Assembly: GCF_964194025.1 (NCBI RefSeq)
Contig: NC_134479.1
Location: forward strand, 21,576,001 to 21,640,000
Direction of reading: 5' to 3'
DNA from: Convolutriloba macropyga
Taxonomy: Eukaryota
Length of the DNA: 64,000 bases
Numbering within the stretch: the stretch's first letter is position 1; the number at the start of each line of letters is the position of its first letter. Both the position numbers and the translations under genes were made by a program. This document shows positions 33,335 to 47,493 of the stretch, piece after piece. The notes beneath the pieces are model-generated. The model was not told where the DNA came from, made no database searches, and saw nothing but the letters and a program-made list of their open reading frames with translations.

Positions 33335-34454
33335 ATGGCTATCTTGGTCGTAAAAAATTTGCTCTCTTTTTATCAACTAATTTTCTTACTGGTCGTTCTA
33401 ACTCGAATGACCTATGCCCTTAATGTTTTAGTGGTAAGTACCTGTTATACGGGTCATTTAACCCCAACATTAACAATTGTTCGGAAACTTTTATCACGCG
33501 GACACACAGTTGATTTTTTAACAGCTAACATTTGCTGCGAGAATAAAATTCAAAAATCGTTGCCGAAAGAAATTGTATGTTGGGACCGTGAGATTATTAC
33601 CATAGTCGGAGTCGACACGAACAACCCTGTCGAAGCTATAATGCAAGTTCGAACAGTTGCAGCTGAGAACGGTACCGGTATGGCTTTTGAAGAAGTGCGA
33701 GACTTTTTGAGCAAAAGTCCAAAAAAGTATGACGTAGTAATGGCCGACTGGGCTATTTTGGGTGCTACTATTGCCGCGCAATTGCATAAAATTCCAGTCG
33801 TTACAAATTACGTCGGAACTATTTTTTTCGCACTCGAAGAAGATGGAAGTAACCGCCTCAAACTCGCGTACGTTCCGCAACCGTATAGCCTTTTGAGTGA
33901 CTTTGTCGAGTTTATAACAGGATATCTGTATCAAAAAGCAGCGTCGGCTCCTGCTTATGACATCATAGTTGATATCAACAAGAAGTTCAACATGGAACCC
34001 CAAATTGAAAACTACGGATTAACTTTTCTTCTACCTTCAACTTACTACCACGCTTTTTCAAACCTAATTCATATTGGCCCCCCTGATGTCTTTACATCGA
34101 ATATTAACTTTATGAACAAAAAGACAAACGTTCATCACGTTGGCTATTTACCAGAGCCGGAATTTTCCCGAAAACTCGATAATAAAGTTTACAATTTTGT
34201 CAAAAATTCCAAAGTCCCTGTTGTTTATATTTCCATGGGTACTGTAATCCAAATTGACATTTCAAAACTGGCAAAAGTTATTGAAGGTTTATCAAATCAG
34301 AACGAATACGCGTTTATTTGGTCTGCTTCTGACGTTTATTTTGACAAATTGAAATCTATTGGGTTACCCGAGGATAATTTGATAGTGGTAAACAATGTAG
34401 CGCAATTTACATTACTCATGAACGAAGATGTAGCGGCTTTTGTTACTCATGCAG
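33335..34454 (+). CDS. UGT copy B, exon 1
   Basis: Paralogous to copy A; ends THA-G at CAG|GTTGGG. Confidence 0.92.
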
Positions 34455-35814
34455 GTTGGGCTGAAATTCAAAAATTTCATAGCGTTTTCTCAAAGAGTTT
34501 CGGTCTTTAGAATTTTTTTCGCTCTTTATTTTCCTTTGATCAGAAGGTTTCTCATTTTTTTCCTAAGAAACGGAATTGTACCACTATTTTCAATTAGCCA
34601 ATTATCTTCAAGAAAGATAGATGAACTTTTTAAAGCTAAAGCTGTAGAAAATATACAAAATTAAAAGTCACATGCTTCACATCAACATAGGCAATCAAAT
34701 TTTAAAGATTTTTCTTTTTCGACGTAGATTAAGCTTTCTTGGAAGTCCTTCAATATGTTTTTGGTAATTTCTCGGCCGAATTTTTGAAGTTTCTCCAAAA
34801 TCTTATCGTACTGTAGGGCTCATCATTTAAGATTTTGATATAAACATCAGTTTCATTCAATTTTGAGTCAATTATAATTTTGAACTTTCTTATTACAAAA
34901 CTCCTCATAAAGTTAATAATGTTTGCGATTGCAGAAAAATGTTTCGTGCTCAAATTTTAGTAAATTTTTAAAGATTTTGTTTAAAACAAAACCGATGAAA
35001 ATAAAGATGCAGTCCCCAGTGATTCAGGAATTTTGATAAGCCTGATAAAATTAAAGCGCTATGAACACCATTTTACTTAATATTTTCAGCAACCTCCTGA
35101 CAAAATCGTCCTCAATTCTTATTGAACAATTTTTCATTCTTTCTGAATCATTTGCTCATCAAAAGTTTATCAGGACTTCTATAATCTTAGAGAAAACTTA
35201 TTGGGGAATCTCCTTGAATAAAAAACCTTGTACCATCTTATCTGGCAGTTTTGTTTGAAATAAATAACAATCATGTTCTTTTTTTCCCGAAAAAAATACG
35301 AATTATTACAATTCAAAGAATTTGAAATGTATTGGGGCGCTGTGCTTTTTTAAGATGTGTTCACACATTTTTCAATGAGCTTGATTTTTCCAAACGGGAT
35401 AAATAGGTAAAGCGCAGCGGGCACTAAGTTTCATTAGAGGCCCAAAGTGAGCTTCCTCCAGAGGCTTAAAGTGCTGCAGCTAGTGGGATGGCCTTAATTA
35501 AAGGTTAAAAGGTCATTTTTAATTGCTCTCAAACGAAGTTTGTAGCAATGTCGGTCTTTTTACGACTGGAAGAGGAGTATTGAGATTCTCCAGGTTTTTT
35601 TTTATCAGAAAGCAAGTTTGTTCATGACTAGAATTTTGACTTCTCTCTGTTCGAGCATTTACCTCCGCTTTTGATTGTTGACTTCTGTTTTCGAACATTG
35701 GACTTTAACAGTAGCTTCGTTTGTAATGTATAGTAATTAGGAACTGCTGGTAATGTTTAAGGTGAAGAGGTCATTTTGAGATTTTTTTTGTTCCTATATA
35801 AGTCACCCCTAATT

Positions 35815-36215
35815 ATCTAAACTACACCGCACAACCCCCCCTCTCCCCCCAACACCTACCTACCCCTCTCCCCCCACTGCCCCCGCAACCCTCCAACTTA
35901 TTCCACACCTACCCCTACCCCCTCCCTTCACCTAGCACCCCCCACCTACCCTCACCCCCCCCCCCCCCCCCCAGACTACCCCAGCACTACCCACCTCCCC
36001 GACCTATCTATCCACCCACCCACCTATCTACCCCCCACCACCTAACTACCCCCTCCCCGCCCAACGTACTACCCCACCTAACCGTACTCCCCAAACTACA
36101 CCTTCCCTTCACCTAACTACCCCCACCTATCCCCCCCCCCCCCCCAACTACCCAAGCACTGCCCACCTCCCCAACCTATCTACCCACCCACCCCACCTAG
36201 CTCCCCCCGCACCTA
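35815..36215. repeat. C-rich low-complexity tract with an internal ~190-bp duplication (G-rich on the - strand)
   Basis: Poly-C runs and CCTACC units; the CCCTTCACCTA...(C)n...CCCACCTCCCC.ACCTATCTA block occurs twice; a second C-rich patch lies at 36560-36695. Confidence 0.8.
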
Positions 36216-36719
36216 AAAAATTGTCGGCATTTTAAAAACACTTTGATGTGGTTTGTTGGGCTACTTTTGTTTTTTCTCTTGTCTATTTCGATGTTCTGAT
36301 TTCGGTAAGGTTAGGTTAGAGATTATAATGCACGATGATTGGAGTTGTTTCCGGTATTCTACCGGCTACGTTTTTTTATGCGATTTTTCGCTTGACCGAT
36401 TTTTCGACTGACGCTTTTGATTTTTCGTCCTCAAAAACTGTATAAACATGTAGCCCCCAGCGGGCATTAAGTGCTCTGAGAGCATTTTAGCTCTGTTTCA
36501 GCTCACACTGTTTTAGAGACTTATACTTATGGTGTGAAGGGCGGTTCTTAGAGTTTAAAGACACCCCCTCTGTTGACCCCCCACTATTGCCTCCACCCCA
36601 ACCCCCACCAAGCTGCTGCGCCCCCACCCCACCGATGCCCCCCTCCCTCCCCATCAGCCCCCCAGTGCACCACTCATCCCCATCCCCCGCCCCCGTGGGT
36701 ACTGACGAACAACCGATCG

Positions 36720-39250
36720 TTAAAAACTCGCACTTTTATATTAATTTTCACAGTTTTTTTCAACTTTTTGACAGTTTTTGTCATTTTTTGAGTTTTTGTA
36801 GCCCTAAATGTCGAGGAGCCTCCTCTATGCTTTTATTATACTTTACTGCATAGTTTCTAGCGGTAGTGGAATGGTTTGAACATTTTAACATCACAAATTT
36901 TAGCAATTTTTGTCAAAACGTGCAAACTTTTTTCAATTTTTCGGACATTTATTTTTTATTATCCGCGTTTTTTCAGACGCGGAGGCCAGAAAACGTCCTT
37001 AGAGGTTTGATTAAAAGTTACTGAAAAAAAAGCGTTTGCTACGGATTAGCTTTCAATTTTTTAATATAGCAAATTTTATCAATATTTTTGATGAAACTTG
37101 CATTTTTTCAAGTTTTTTGAAAATTTTTGTCGGTTTTTAGGTTTCTCCAGCCTCAAGATCCAAAAAATCTCATCTCGGGTTTGAAAATGCGTTACTGTAT
37201 AGTTTTTAAATGTAATGAAATGTTTTTCAATTTTTAACATCACGAATTTTAGCATCCTTTGACAAAACGTGCAAGTTTTTTCAATTTTTTAGACATTGAT
37301 TTTTCATTATCCGTCTCTTTCCGGACGCAGAGCCCAAAAAACGTCTTTAGGTGTTTGATGATAAGTTATTGAAAAAATTTCACCTGCCATGGAATAGCTT
37401 TCAATTTTTTAATATGACAAATTTTATCAATTTTTTTTTTGATAAAACTTGCATTTTTGTCGGTTTTTAGGTTTTTTCAAACTCAAAAGCCACATAACCT
37501 CCTCCAGGGTTTGACTATAGGTCACTGCATAGCTTCTAGATGTAACGGAATGTTTTTCAAGAATTTAATATCAGCCATTTTTAAAAATATTCGCAATTTT
37601 TCAAGTTTTTGAATCTTTTTGAATTTTTTATCATTTTTTCCGGCACAAGGGTCATGTGGACCTCCTCAAGGCTTGATGATAAGCTGTCGCATAGTTTCTA
37701 GAGTTAATGGAATGGATATCAATATTTTAAACACCCCAGCTTTTAGCAATTTTGATAAAATTTAATTTTTTTCAAATTTTTGGATGTTATCATGTTCCAA
37801 GTTTATGTATATTAATGATCCAGTGACACTATTTAAAACTGGGAATAGGGATACTGGATTAAATCCTGAGACAATGAAATGGATTTGAAGATTTTAATAT
37901 CTTGAATTTCAGCAAGATTTTTTGCTATTGTTTTTGAAATTTGTGAATAATTTTGTGCTTTTCTGAGTTTAACGATCATTAGTGGCCAACGAAGTTTTTC
38001 GTCTTGCAGATGGGTTACATGACATAACTCCAGGACAAAAATTAATTCTGAACAATGTCACTGCGAAATCCGGAAGCTTTTATTTTTATTTTTGCAAAAT
38101 TTTGCAAATTTTTTATAATATCAGTTTTTTTTATTTATTTATTAACAAAGCTAGAAAACTAAAAGTTGCAGAGTCGAATTAAGCTAAAGCTAGGCTCACT
38201 AAACCTTGGCTAGCTATTGACGAAGCCAACTGTTCGTCTGTTGTTTGAGAGCAATCCGCCGGACGTTAGTCGGTTATGTATAGGAGTTTTTGAGCACAAA
38301 ATGTTGCAATTTTTCATGTTTTTTTGTTTTTTTTTATTTTTTTGTTTTAGTCTTGCGTTGAAGTGTTGAAGTCTTACGTTGAAGAAATGTTGAAGGCCTT
38401 TTGCGAGACAAAATAACTTGTTATGACCATTTTATGAGCTATATGTTTTGGTACTACAAATACAAACATTCAAAATGATAATATATTTGCAGTTTTTTTC
38501 AAGTTTTTTGAAAATTTTTGTCATTTTTTTGAGTTTATCCAGGCCAGGAATTTTCCTTTTTTGTGGTTTGATAATAGAGTACGGCATGGTTTCTAGTAAT
38601 AATGGATTGGTTTTTCACATTTTAATGTCTCGAAATTTGGCATTCTTTTATATAAAATTTGCAATTTTTAAAGGTTTCCTAAAATTTTGTCAATTTTTGA
38701 TATTTGTCCATTCTCAAGTGCCAGAAAACCTATTCCACGGTCTGATAATAACTTACTACATGATTGTTAGCTTCGTTGGATTTGTTATCAACAATTTAGT
38801 TTTTCGAATTTTTGAATTTTTTTGATAAAATTCGCTTGTATTCCAAATTAGCTACAATTGTCTTATATTCAATTTTTCTTGCCTCAGTAGCCAGCTAATC
38901 TCATCCATGGTTTAATATTATGTTATAAGATAACTGCTAGTGGGCAATTGAACGGTTTTCAACGTTTTAATAGAACGAATTTCTATTTTTTGAAATTTGG
39001 GAATTTTTCTAAAAATTATTGCTTATCGATCTTTGAGCCAAATGAATTTTTCAATGCTTGAAATTGGGTTATCGGATAGCCTCTAGAGACACAGAAATGA
39101 TTCTGAAGATATTAATATCGCAGTTTTTAGCAAAATTTTATTAAATTTTGTAATTGATTTCATTTTTTTTTTATTTTTTCGGTCATTTTTGAGTTAATCG
39201 ATCTTCAAGGGCCAATGAATTTTTTCAGGTCATGCAGATATAATACTGGA
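36720..39250. repeat. Degenerate T-rich tandem repeat array in the UGT-B intron
   Basis: Recurrent GCATAGTTTCTAG..AATGGAATG..TTTTAACATCAC.AATTTTAGCAA..AAAACGTGCAA blocks; 36850-37190 is closely repeated at 37200-37540. Confidence 0.65.
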
Positions 39251-41630
39251 TCGATTTAAAAAACGGTCTTGAACATATTTTGAAACATGTTTTTTAAAGG
39301 GGTGAAATTTTGCCTAAGGGAAAAGAAGCTTCAAGAGTTTTAGTAATGAGTGTATTTCTGTTTAGTTTGTTTGATTGTTTTAGTTTCTCAATTTTTTGAG
39401 ATGATTTTGTTTGTGTTTTGGCTGGCTTGGTTCATTGATTTCTTGGTCAGCTACAGTAATTTTGAATTTTTCATTCAATTGTTTGAATTCTATTTTAGGA
39501 CTTGTCCTGATATGTTTTTATCTACTAAGATATCAAGAACTATTAGTTTTGATTTTGTTTTCGGAAATTCTATGTAGCGGTTATTCACTATTCTTAGAAG
39601 CCCTGTTGCTTTGCACTAATGAACTTCATTGTATACAATCTAAGTTTCTGTTTTTGATCTTTGTCTGTGAAACACTTTTGAAGGCTGCAAATTTAGTTAT
39701 TACTTGCTTATGAGATCAAACACGATGAAATTAGTTGAGAAGCATGAAATTTTAGCTGGTGATATTTTTCAGAAGGAACTTTTTATTGCGTGAGATCTGA
39801 TACATTATCAAAAAAAACATAAGAACTGAAGTGAAGTCTCAGAATTTTGTAATCAGACGACATAATAATATTAAAATTTGCAAGGTTTTGCAGAAAGTTT
39901 CTCACTTCGATAAAGTTTTGGTTGTCTCGGCAGAAGCACGACTGGATTCTCCTAAGCCAAAGAAAAAGACTCAATCGTAATTCTTAAGACACTACCATAT
40001 GTGCTAAAGCCAGAATCTGTTTCCAGTTTATATAATCATTGAACTTTTCTATATGAAACATCGGCCTTAAATAGGACATACTCCATTCCACTATTTAAGG
40101 AAGAATTGTCCAATTTTTATCTATATATAAGTATTGTAGGAATGGAAAGTTAAACTTAAGCGTTTTTCGGAAAAGAACCAAATTAAATTTGACCTTGAAT
40201 TATTCCCAACACAAAAGCGATTTCTAAATTTGAAACTGTACAAAGATAATAATGGTGAAGAAATTTAAACTGATGAGAACGGTTCAATAAGTAAATATTG
40301 GCTCTGATAAAGATTATATCATAGATTGAACACCAAAATTCTCACCCACGTAATATTGGATTAGAAACCCAAATTAGGGGCCTAGGTTATCAAAGTCATG
40401 AATGACCTTCTGAAGACTTTTCCCAAAAAGGTATTTTTCACACAAAGATTAGGAGCTTTTGGTAAGAATAGGACTAAACTATCTTAACCAAACATAGATA
40501 GGCAGTATATATATGGCTCGATTTTAGCCAATTCGAGGAGAACAATGTTTGCGAATAATTGTTGTGTTGCGTGTTGTGTAACAAAACTATTCGGAAATTA
40601 ACTATATTGTTGTTATAGTGAATTTCGTGTAGTAATTTGATTCGACGAGTGAGTTAACAGATCTCTGTCGCTGTAATAGAATTGTAGATTTTGATTGAAA
40701 CTGGTATACTCTGGTAACTATAATGTCGTTAAATTAACTCAGCAAATTTTCAACTACTTTCTCTTTTTAGACCTTTTCTTATAACTTAGTAGAGCTTAAA
40801 CTGGTATCTAGTAGGTATTTGCTAAACACTTCAATACTTGGCAATCATAGGCATTTGTAACTAGTTGTTCTAAAGGCATCATAGCCTTGTAATAATTAAG
40901 ACAGGATAAAACTTAATCGTTTCTTTCGATTTTCTGTTAACCAACAGCGTAATTGTACAACTTTAGTAACTTCACAATACATCTGTAAGGATCTGAAATC
41001 ATACTCAGTCTAGCTTCAATTTTTTGGATTTAAATTAGTTTGGTGACTATTAAAGTAGTGATCAGCCAATCAATAATTAAGTTAAGTTAGGTTAACGAAA
41101 TGGAGGACAGCACCGAGTCCAGGACAACATCCAGACGATTGATTTCTGAGAGTATTAATCGGCCAAGCTCCTTCCAGGAGACCGCACTGTGAAGTCACTC
41201 TGAGGGTAGGCCTGCCTGCTCGTAGAAGGCTTGGCAAGTTAAGTCAACCCATGTTGTATGGAATGGTGAATCAAGTAGACAATTAAAACGGTCTGCAGTA
41301 ACCTGAATTACCTGATGGGCAATGTCTTAACGTTCTATCAAGTTGGTTAAAACTCGTCTGGTTGGGTTGTGGAGTGAACACTGACGAGCTCTACACGTCA
41401 AAATACTTTCTTTAGGGCTTGAACGGAGCGCCTGTTATAAGCCATTAGTCTAATTAAGATTAGTAGGTTTGTGAAGTTACTATCCAGCCCATTAGTTTTC
41501 TCTAAAGATAGATTCTAGGAACAATTGTGGAATTGTAAATAGGGTTAAACATCCACTCCAAATATTCAGATTCTATAAGTATGATAAATATATGTTCATT
41601 AATTGTACTGTGTATTCTTTTAAGATATAT

Positions 41631-41793
41631 NNNNNNNNNNNNNNNNNNNNNNNNNNNNNNNNNNNNNNNNNNNNNNNNNNNNNNNNNNNNNNNNNNNNNN
41701 NNNNNNNNNNNNNNNNNNNNNNNNNNNNNNNNNNNNNNNNNNNNNNNNNNNNNNNNNNNNNNNNNNNNNNNNNNNNNNNNNNNNNNNNNNNNN
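41631..41793. other. Assembly gap
   Basis: Run of N. Confidence 1.
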
Positions 41794-42859
41794 ATAGAAG
41801 CATAAATATTCCTCCTATCCCTTTAATTTTCTGTTTCAGGAAGAAAAACGGATATATGAAGCCCATTTTGTTTTGATTTTAACTTTTTGTTAAGAAAACA
41901 CTAACTAAAATAAAAATCAATAAATGGTAAATTTTTTATTTATATGTCATTTTTTGAAATTAGTGTTTCTTACGATATCGACAAATTGTGATCAAAACCT
42001 CGAGGAGGTGAAACCTATAATGATTAAAAACATACACTTCACTGACCTAAGATTAAATATCTTGCCTAATTCAAAACATAATTTTGAGCTTATATAAATT
42101 TTGTATGAAGAATATTAAGCTTAACTTTTTCAAAGTTCAGTTAAAAGTGCTGCAATTTAGGATATGGAAAATGGCAAATGTTCCTATTTCATTTAACAAA
42201 ACTCTTGTTATTGATTTAAACCGCCCAATGTTAATTTTAGATATTTTACAAAAAAATTAAAAATTGCCGCTAGAGTTTTTTTGCCTGAAACTGCTATTTG
42301 TACGTAATTTAAACTGGACAAAACAAACCACAGTCACCACTAAAAAGTTGGTCTTTTTGATCTAAAATATTAACTTTCAACGCTACTCTTCTCTTTACTT
42401 CAAATCATACTTTCTTTCTATGCTAAACAGTGATCCAGGTGTTTTTTTCCAAAAATCGTTGCATTTACCAGTCGACAGAAACTTTTTAAACCTGTGGCAC
42501 TATAATATTTTTGTTTTTGATCATCCTGTAATTTATACAAACAATTGAAATAGACAAAATACTTTGATGTCTCGATCGTTTGCCCTATGATTTTTTAGAA
42601 TTAATTAATATTTATAGTTTTGAAATAATTTGAGATTTTTTTATATCGTTGTGTTTAACTTGTTGTGGGGCTGCATCAGATTTTGAAGCAACGATTAATT
42701 TGAGACACGAATAACGCTTTTCTCAAACACAAATAGACTTAAAATAGCCAAATCTCAGCCTCTGCTACACACTTTTCTTTTAACATACAAAGTTTTGCAA
42801 ACAAACAATGCTCATGAACTCTATTCGAATCCAAATGTTTTCGAACTGACTGCATTTAG

Positions 42860-43326
42860 GTGGAAACTCAGTTGCGGAGGCTGTCTACTCTCAGACCCCA
42901 ATGCTCGTGTTTCCTGGTTTCGCCGATCAACCAGCAAACGCAGACCACTTAGTCCGTGAGAAAATGGCGTTGCCCTTGGACGAACTGACACATCATGAAA
43001 TAACCTCAAAATTAACACAGCTTCTCTCTCCCAAATTTTATTCTGATTGCAAAAAGCGGCTGAAAAAGAGCAAAGAATTCATGACGTCATTGGGAGGGTA
43101 TGAAAAAGCGACTGACATTGTTGAAAAAGTAGCCAGTGGTGAAATAAAAGTTGTTAACGCGCCTACACTTTTAAATTTGGAACGGCTTTACAATCGGCAG
43201 TTGGTTTATTACCTGACAATTTTTATAATTACATTTTGCGTGCTGATATGGTTGCTTTCCTCGTGTATTCGACGAATGTGCAGTGCATCAAGAATGAAGG
43301 CGAAAAGTCAGGAAAAACAAGAATGA
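42860..43326 (+). CDS. UGT copy B, exon 2 (spliced protein 528 aa)
   Basis: CTGAC..TGCATTTAG|G acceptor; GGNSVAEAVYSQTPMLVFPGFADQ; TM helix. Confidence 0.92.
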
Positions 43327-46300
43327 AAATTTTGAGTTTAATATTCAATTTTCGCTGATGACGACAAACGAAGGAACAGAACTGCCTCATTGATTACTTG
43401 AGACTGGGGACCAATGTTTTCAGCTTTTAGCAAAAACTTTTGACTTTCATTATACTTCCTCAATATGAACTATTTTCTGGATTTCTTTCAACCCTACTAA
43501 TTTTGGCAAATCTTGAAATAATATATTTCAAGGTGCCAGATTAAAAGTTCTGCTATGAAGGTATTAGAAAGTGGTCTTTAATGTGAATTACCAAAACTTT
43601 CTAAATTGATCCGAACAATTTCTGTTGCCCAAGTTTTCACGAGCTCCAATATAAAAGCCTCTATAAAATGTTTGTCACGTAATTGAGTTTTCTCTTAGCA
43701 CTGGTGTAACAAACTGTAATCTAGCTGGGGTATAGCTTAGATTGCTGAATGGTAATTAAATTTACGTTGTCAGAAATTTGGGGTATTTGAGGAGACAACT
43801 GAGGTATTTGGTTGTTCGTGTTTATAAACCCCGAATTCATTAATTTCCATATTTTTTTTTGCAAAAATGTGATTTGAATTTGCATGTAGTTTCAGCGTTC
43901 CATAGTAGCAGCACCAGAGTTATTGTAACTGAAATTTCGAAGTGAATGCATCCCTGATTATTTTATGTTCGAAGATTACCGACTAATCAATGTTCAGCTT
44001 TTTTTTCTGTTTTTGAGCTATCATGCTATATGCCGATTGTTCTATAATAGACCGAGTCACTTCGATAGCCCTTAAAGATTGTTTGGCTTTTCTGCCAGGA
44101 TAATTTTAAGCATTCTGTCTTCACTTCTGTTGAATAAAAAACTTTTCACCGACTTTCAAATCTGATTTTGAGTTGACAAGGAAGGTATAAAAAGGGTACC
44201 GAAGAATGAAAACAGCTCAAACTAAATAATACAAAGAAAATATACTCAAAAAAGATATTTCCCTATCCTTCTACCTTTATCATAAAGTAGATTGCACCGC
44301 ATTTCTTTTTATCTCTATTAATACATTTAATTTTAAGATCAGAGAACGAATTAAAATTTTCCCGAGAAAATCGACATTCTCCATTTTACGAAAATATCGA
44401 CATGCTCAGAGAGCGTGATGAAGCTAGTTTATTATCGAAATTTTCGAAAAATCACAATCTGAAGTATTGTTGTCCGCAGAACGTACACTATCGCCTTAAA
44501 CACCATTACCTCAAATTTAATTGTTTGCAGCTCTTTAGCATAAACTGGTATCCAAGATTCAATAAGCCCAACCAAACAGAGAAATAGTCAAGATCTATCT
44601 ACTCATAACTGACATAGCAAGATTAATGTATATGCCTTAATCAGACAAAACAAAAAAATTAATTCCGAATTTACAGCAGTTTTTTTTGTTTCTTCTGAAA
44701 ATCATTTCCTTTCAGAATCTATCTTTGCTTGCCTAAGCATAGGGCGGGATTTTTCAAGATTTCTTTTCACGGGAGAAGGAGCTGGATGGAGATCATCAAA
44801 GCTTTAAATCAGAAATTCAGCTTATCCCAAGGAAGGAGTCCATTTGGTGATTTCTCAACCAATCACAGACCAAGAGTACTCTATTCCATAAAATTTCATA
44901 TGCTTTTACTATTCAGTCAATCTCAAATAAATTTATACCATCTGTAAAGGATTTCGGCAGCATAATTTTTTTCGTCGTTATAAATCTAGTTTACCTACAT
45001 TCTTTCCAAGAGCCGATAACTGCTTTAGAGCTATATAAGTCTACTTTGCAGGCAGAAACAAGTAGCGCTCTCTGTCGAGTCTTTAAGGTTGTAAAAATTC
45101 TTCATATTGAGGGTCTACCTTAACAAGTTTGACCAATGATTTGCAAAGTCTAACCATAAAAAGACTCGGAAGTAGGTATAAATAAAAGGATAGGATCTTA
45201 TTGAAATCTCAATTATAAAAACGGACTCAAAGGTAATGGGCACAGTCCTCTAAAACAGGTATAGATGAATCCAAAAGTTATAACAAAATAAAACGCCCAC
45301 TCTACTTCACGTACAAAACTTCAAAAGAATCTTTTTCCCCCAGGTTATTTGCAAAAAAAAGATTTGCACTACTTATCACAAAAGAATCAACACTTCATGA
45401 GGAAAAGCAGCCATTCTCAATGGCCAAAGTTTTGCAGGCGAAAAAATTCGGTTAACTAATAAAGGCAGTATAACAATTAAAATGCCACTACTGTAGGCAG
45501 GAAAAACAACTTTATTTCTATTGCAGAAAAATTGCCTTTATCGCTTGAATTGCTTTTACAAGCTATTTAGTTAAAATTTTAGGCGCAACCCTAACGATTA
45601 TTTTTCTTCCCCACTCTCTAGGTAACCCGCACTTTTTTGTATAGAAAACTCTATAATGACTATTTTCCAAAATTTAACAAAAATTCAATCAGCAACAAAA
45701 AATGGATATCATATTGCCAATCCAAACGACCAATTTTAAAATCTTATTTCGATTCTTTCTTAAACGTTTGACAATCTCCCGTAACATGATCACTATCAAT
45801 TCTAAAGCTGAGAGTGCACATAAATAGTTTGTGAAGGAATTAGAGGTTTCAAGATTAGTCACTGAAACAGAATTACTGAAGCAGAGACGTTAGGAACACA
45901 GATTTTTTTTTAACTTAGTTTAGAAAAATTTGGCCAAAGGTCAGATATATATCCAGATTGGTTTACCCATGTCTATGTATTTGCAACATACGTTTCTCAG
46001 AATTTTTCAAAACCCGAAGAAATGAACCAAACATTACGTTAACAAATCTTGATGCAGAGAATCACCCTTTCATGATGAATAGTAGAGCAGTACCAAACAA
46101 ATCTTTTAAAATGTTTCCTCCCGACCAACAGATAAACCTAGATTCTAAAGTACACCCTCAACCAATGGATACCAATGCAAGCAATACAGTGAGTTTTGAT
46201 TTCATTTTTACTCTCCTCGACGACGGGACATTGTTCTCATCACCTACAGTGAACACAACGCTGAAACACAAAATCTTCGTGAACATAGGGTAAACCAACA

Positions 46301-46799
46301 AAACCATCGGAGATACCTCCAATGCATACTCAAAATATAATCAAAACACGCTTCCAATGATACTAAACAAGAATAGCATTTCCAGAACGCCAATCACGAA
46401 GACAAAGACATGGATCATTTCATTACTCATTGGTAATTTTAAATTCAACGAGGGCTCCACCTCCGACCACAAGGATGCCACTTGTCTCGGGCAAACGAAT
46501 CGCAGACAACCAAAACCGATCAATTGGCACACCACGTCTTTTTGGAGGGAAAAAATGGTTTCACAATCTTTGCGATGGCCCCTCCCTGCAATGTGGAGCC
46601 CCTATCCTGGAGCTCTTGCTGCTTGTTGGGCTGCCGATCAGGATTTTCTGGAGTAGTTTCGTTGCGCACGGCATAATCGCCTGCATATCGATTTTGAACA
46701 TCGAGACTAGAGAGACAGCCACAGCTCTCATAGGAGACAAAGTTCTCAAAACTCTAAGCTTGTCTCACGGGACTTTCTTGTGCTAAATACATTAAAATC

Positions 46800-46938
46800 N
46801 NNNNNNNNNNNNNNNNNNNNNNNNNNNNNNNNNNNNNNNNNNNNNNNNNNNNNNNNNNNNNNNNNNNNNNNNNNNNNNNNNNNNNNNNNNNNNNNNNNNN
46901 NNNNNNNNNNNNNNNNNNNNNNNNNNNNNNNNNNNNNN
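46800..46938. other. Assembly gap
   Basis: Run of N. Confidence 1.
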
Positions 46939-47493
46939 TTGGAGGATTTGTTTCTTTTTTGTTTTCTACGTTTTCTTCATATTAATTTTATTTGATGCCC
47001 CTATCCAATTCCTAGCTCTTTTTGGCTTCTAGGTTAACTTTTTTACAAACTGCTGGCCTTATTTAGAAATTCAAAAGATTTGTAACGAGATCATCATATT
47101 TTTAATTGAGCAATGTTTAATTTAAGCAAATAGACTACGAACTTCGTACTTTTAGCGCATAGTCCATTCTTCAGCTCAAAGCGTCGGAAAATTGATACAA
47201 TTCGGATCGAAGCTCTAGCAAAATGTGCATTCTCAATTCAGCTTGTATTCATATTTCAGTTTCTATAGTCAGTTTTGGTAATTTCTTAGCTGTTCGCCGA
47301 GAACCAACAGTTTATATTTGTGGCTTCTGCATTCTTGTTTTATTTTGGTGGTACTCAAAGTGTTTTTCAGTCCAATATCTGAAGGACAAATAATTTTGGC
47401 ATTAAATAATACTGATTTATTTATAAAACTGATTTGCATGTTTTTCGTTTTACATACTGTCAAAAAGTTTTGCGAACAACAACAGTACACAAT

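Noticed and set aside
36573-36853. Proline-rich ORFs
   Set aside because: Translation of C-rich low-complexity DNA
41573-41876. ORFs containing X runs (also 46780 and 49184)
   Set aside because: Artefacts of N gaps
45958-46786. Cluster of short overlapping ORFs in GC-richer sequence
   Set aside because: Possibly a retroelement remnant, but no recognisable motif and truncated by a gap
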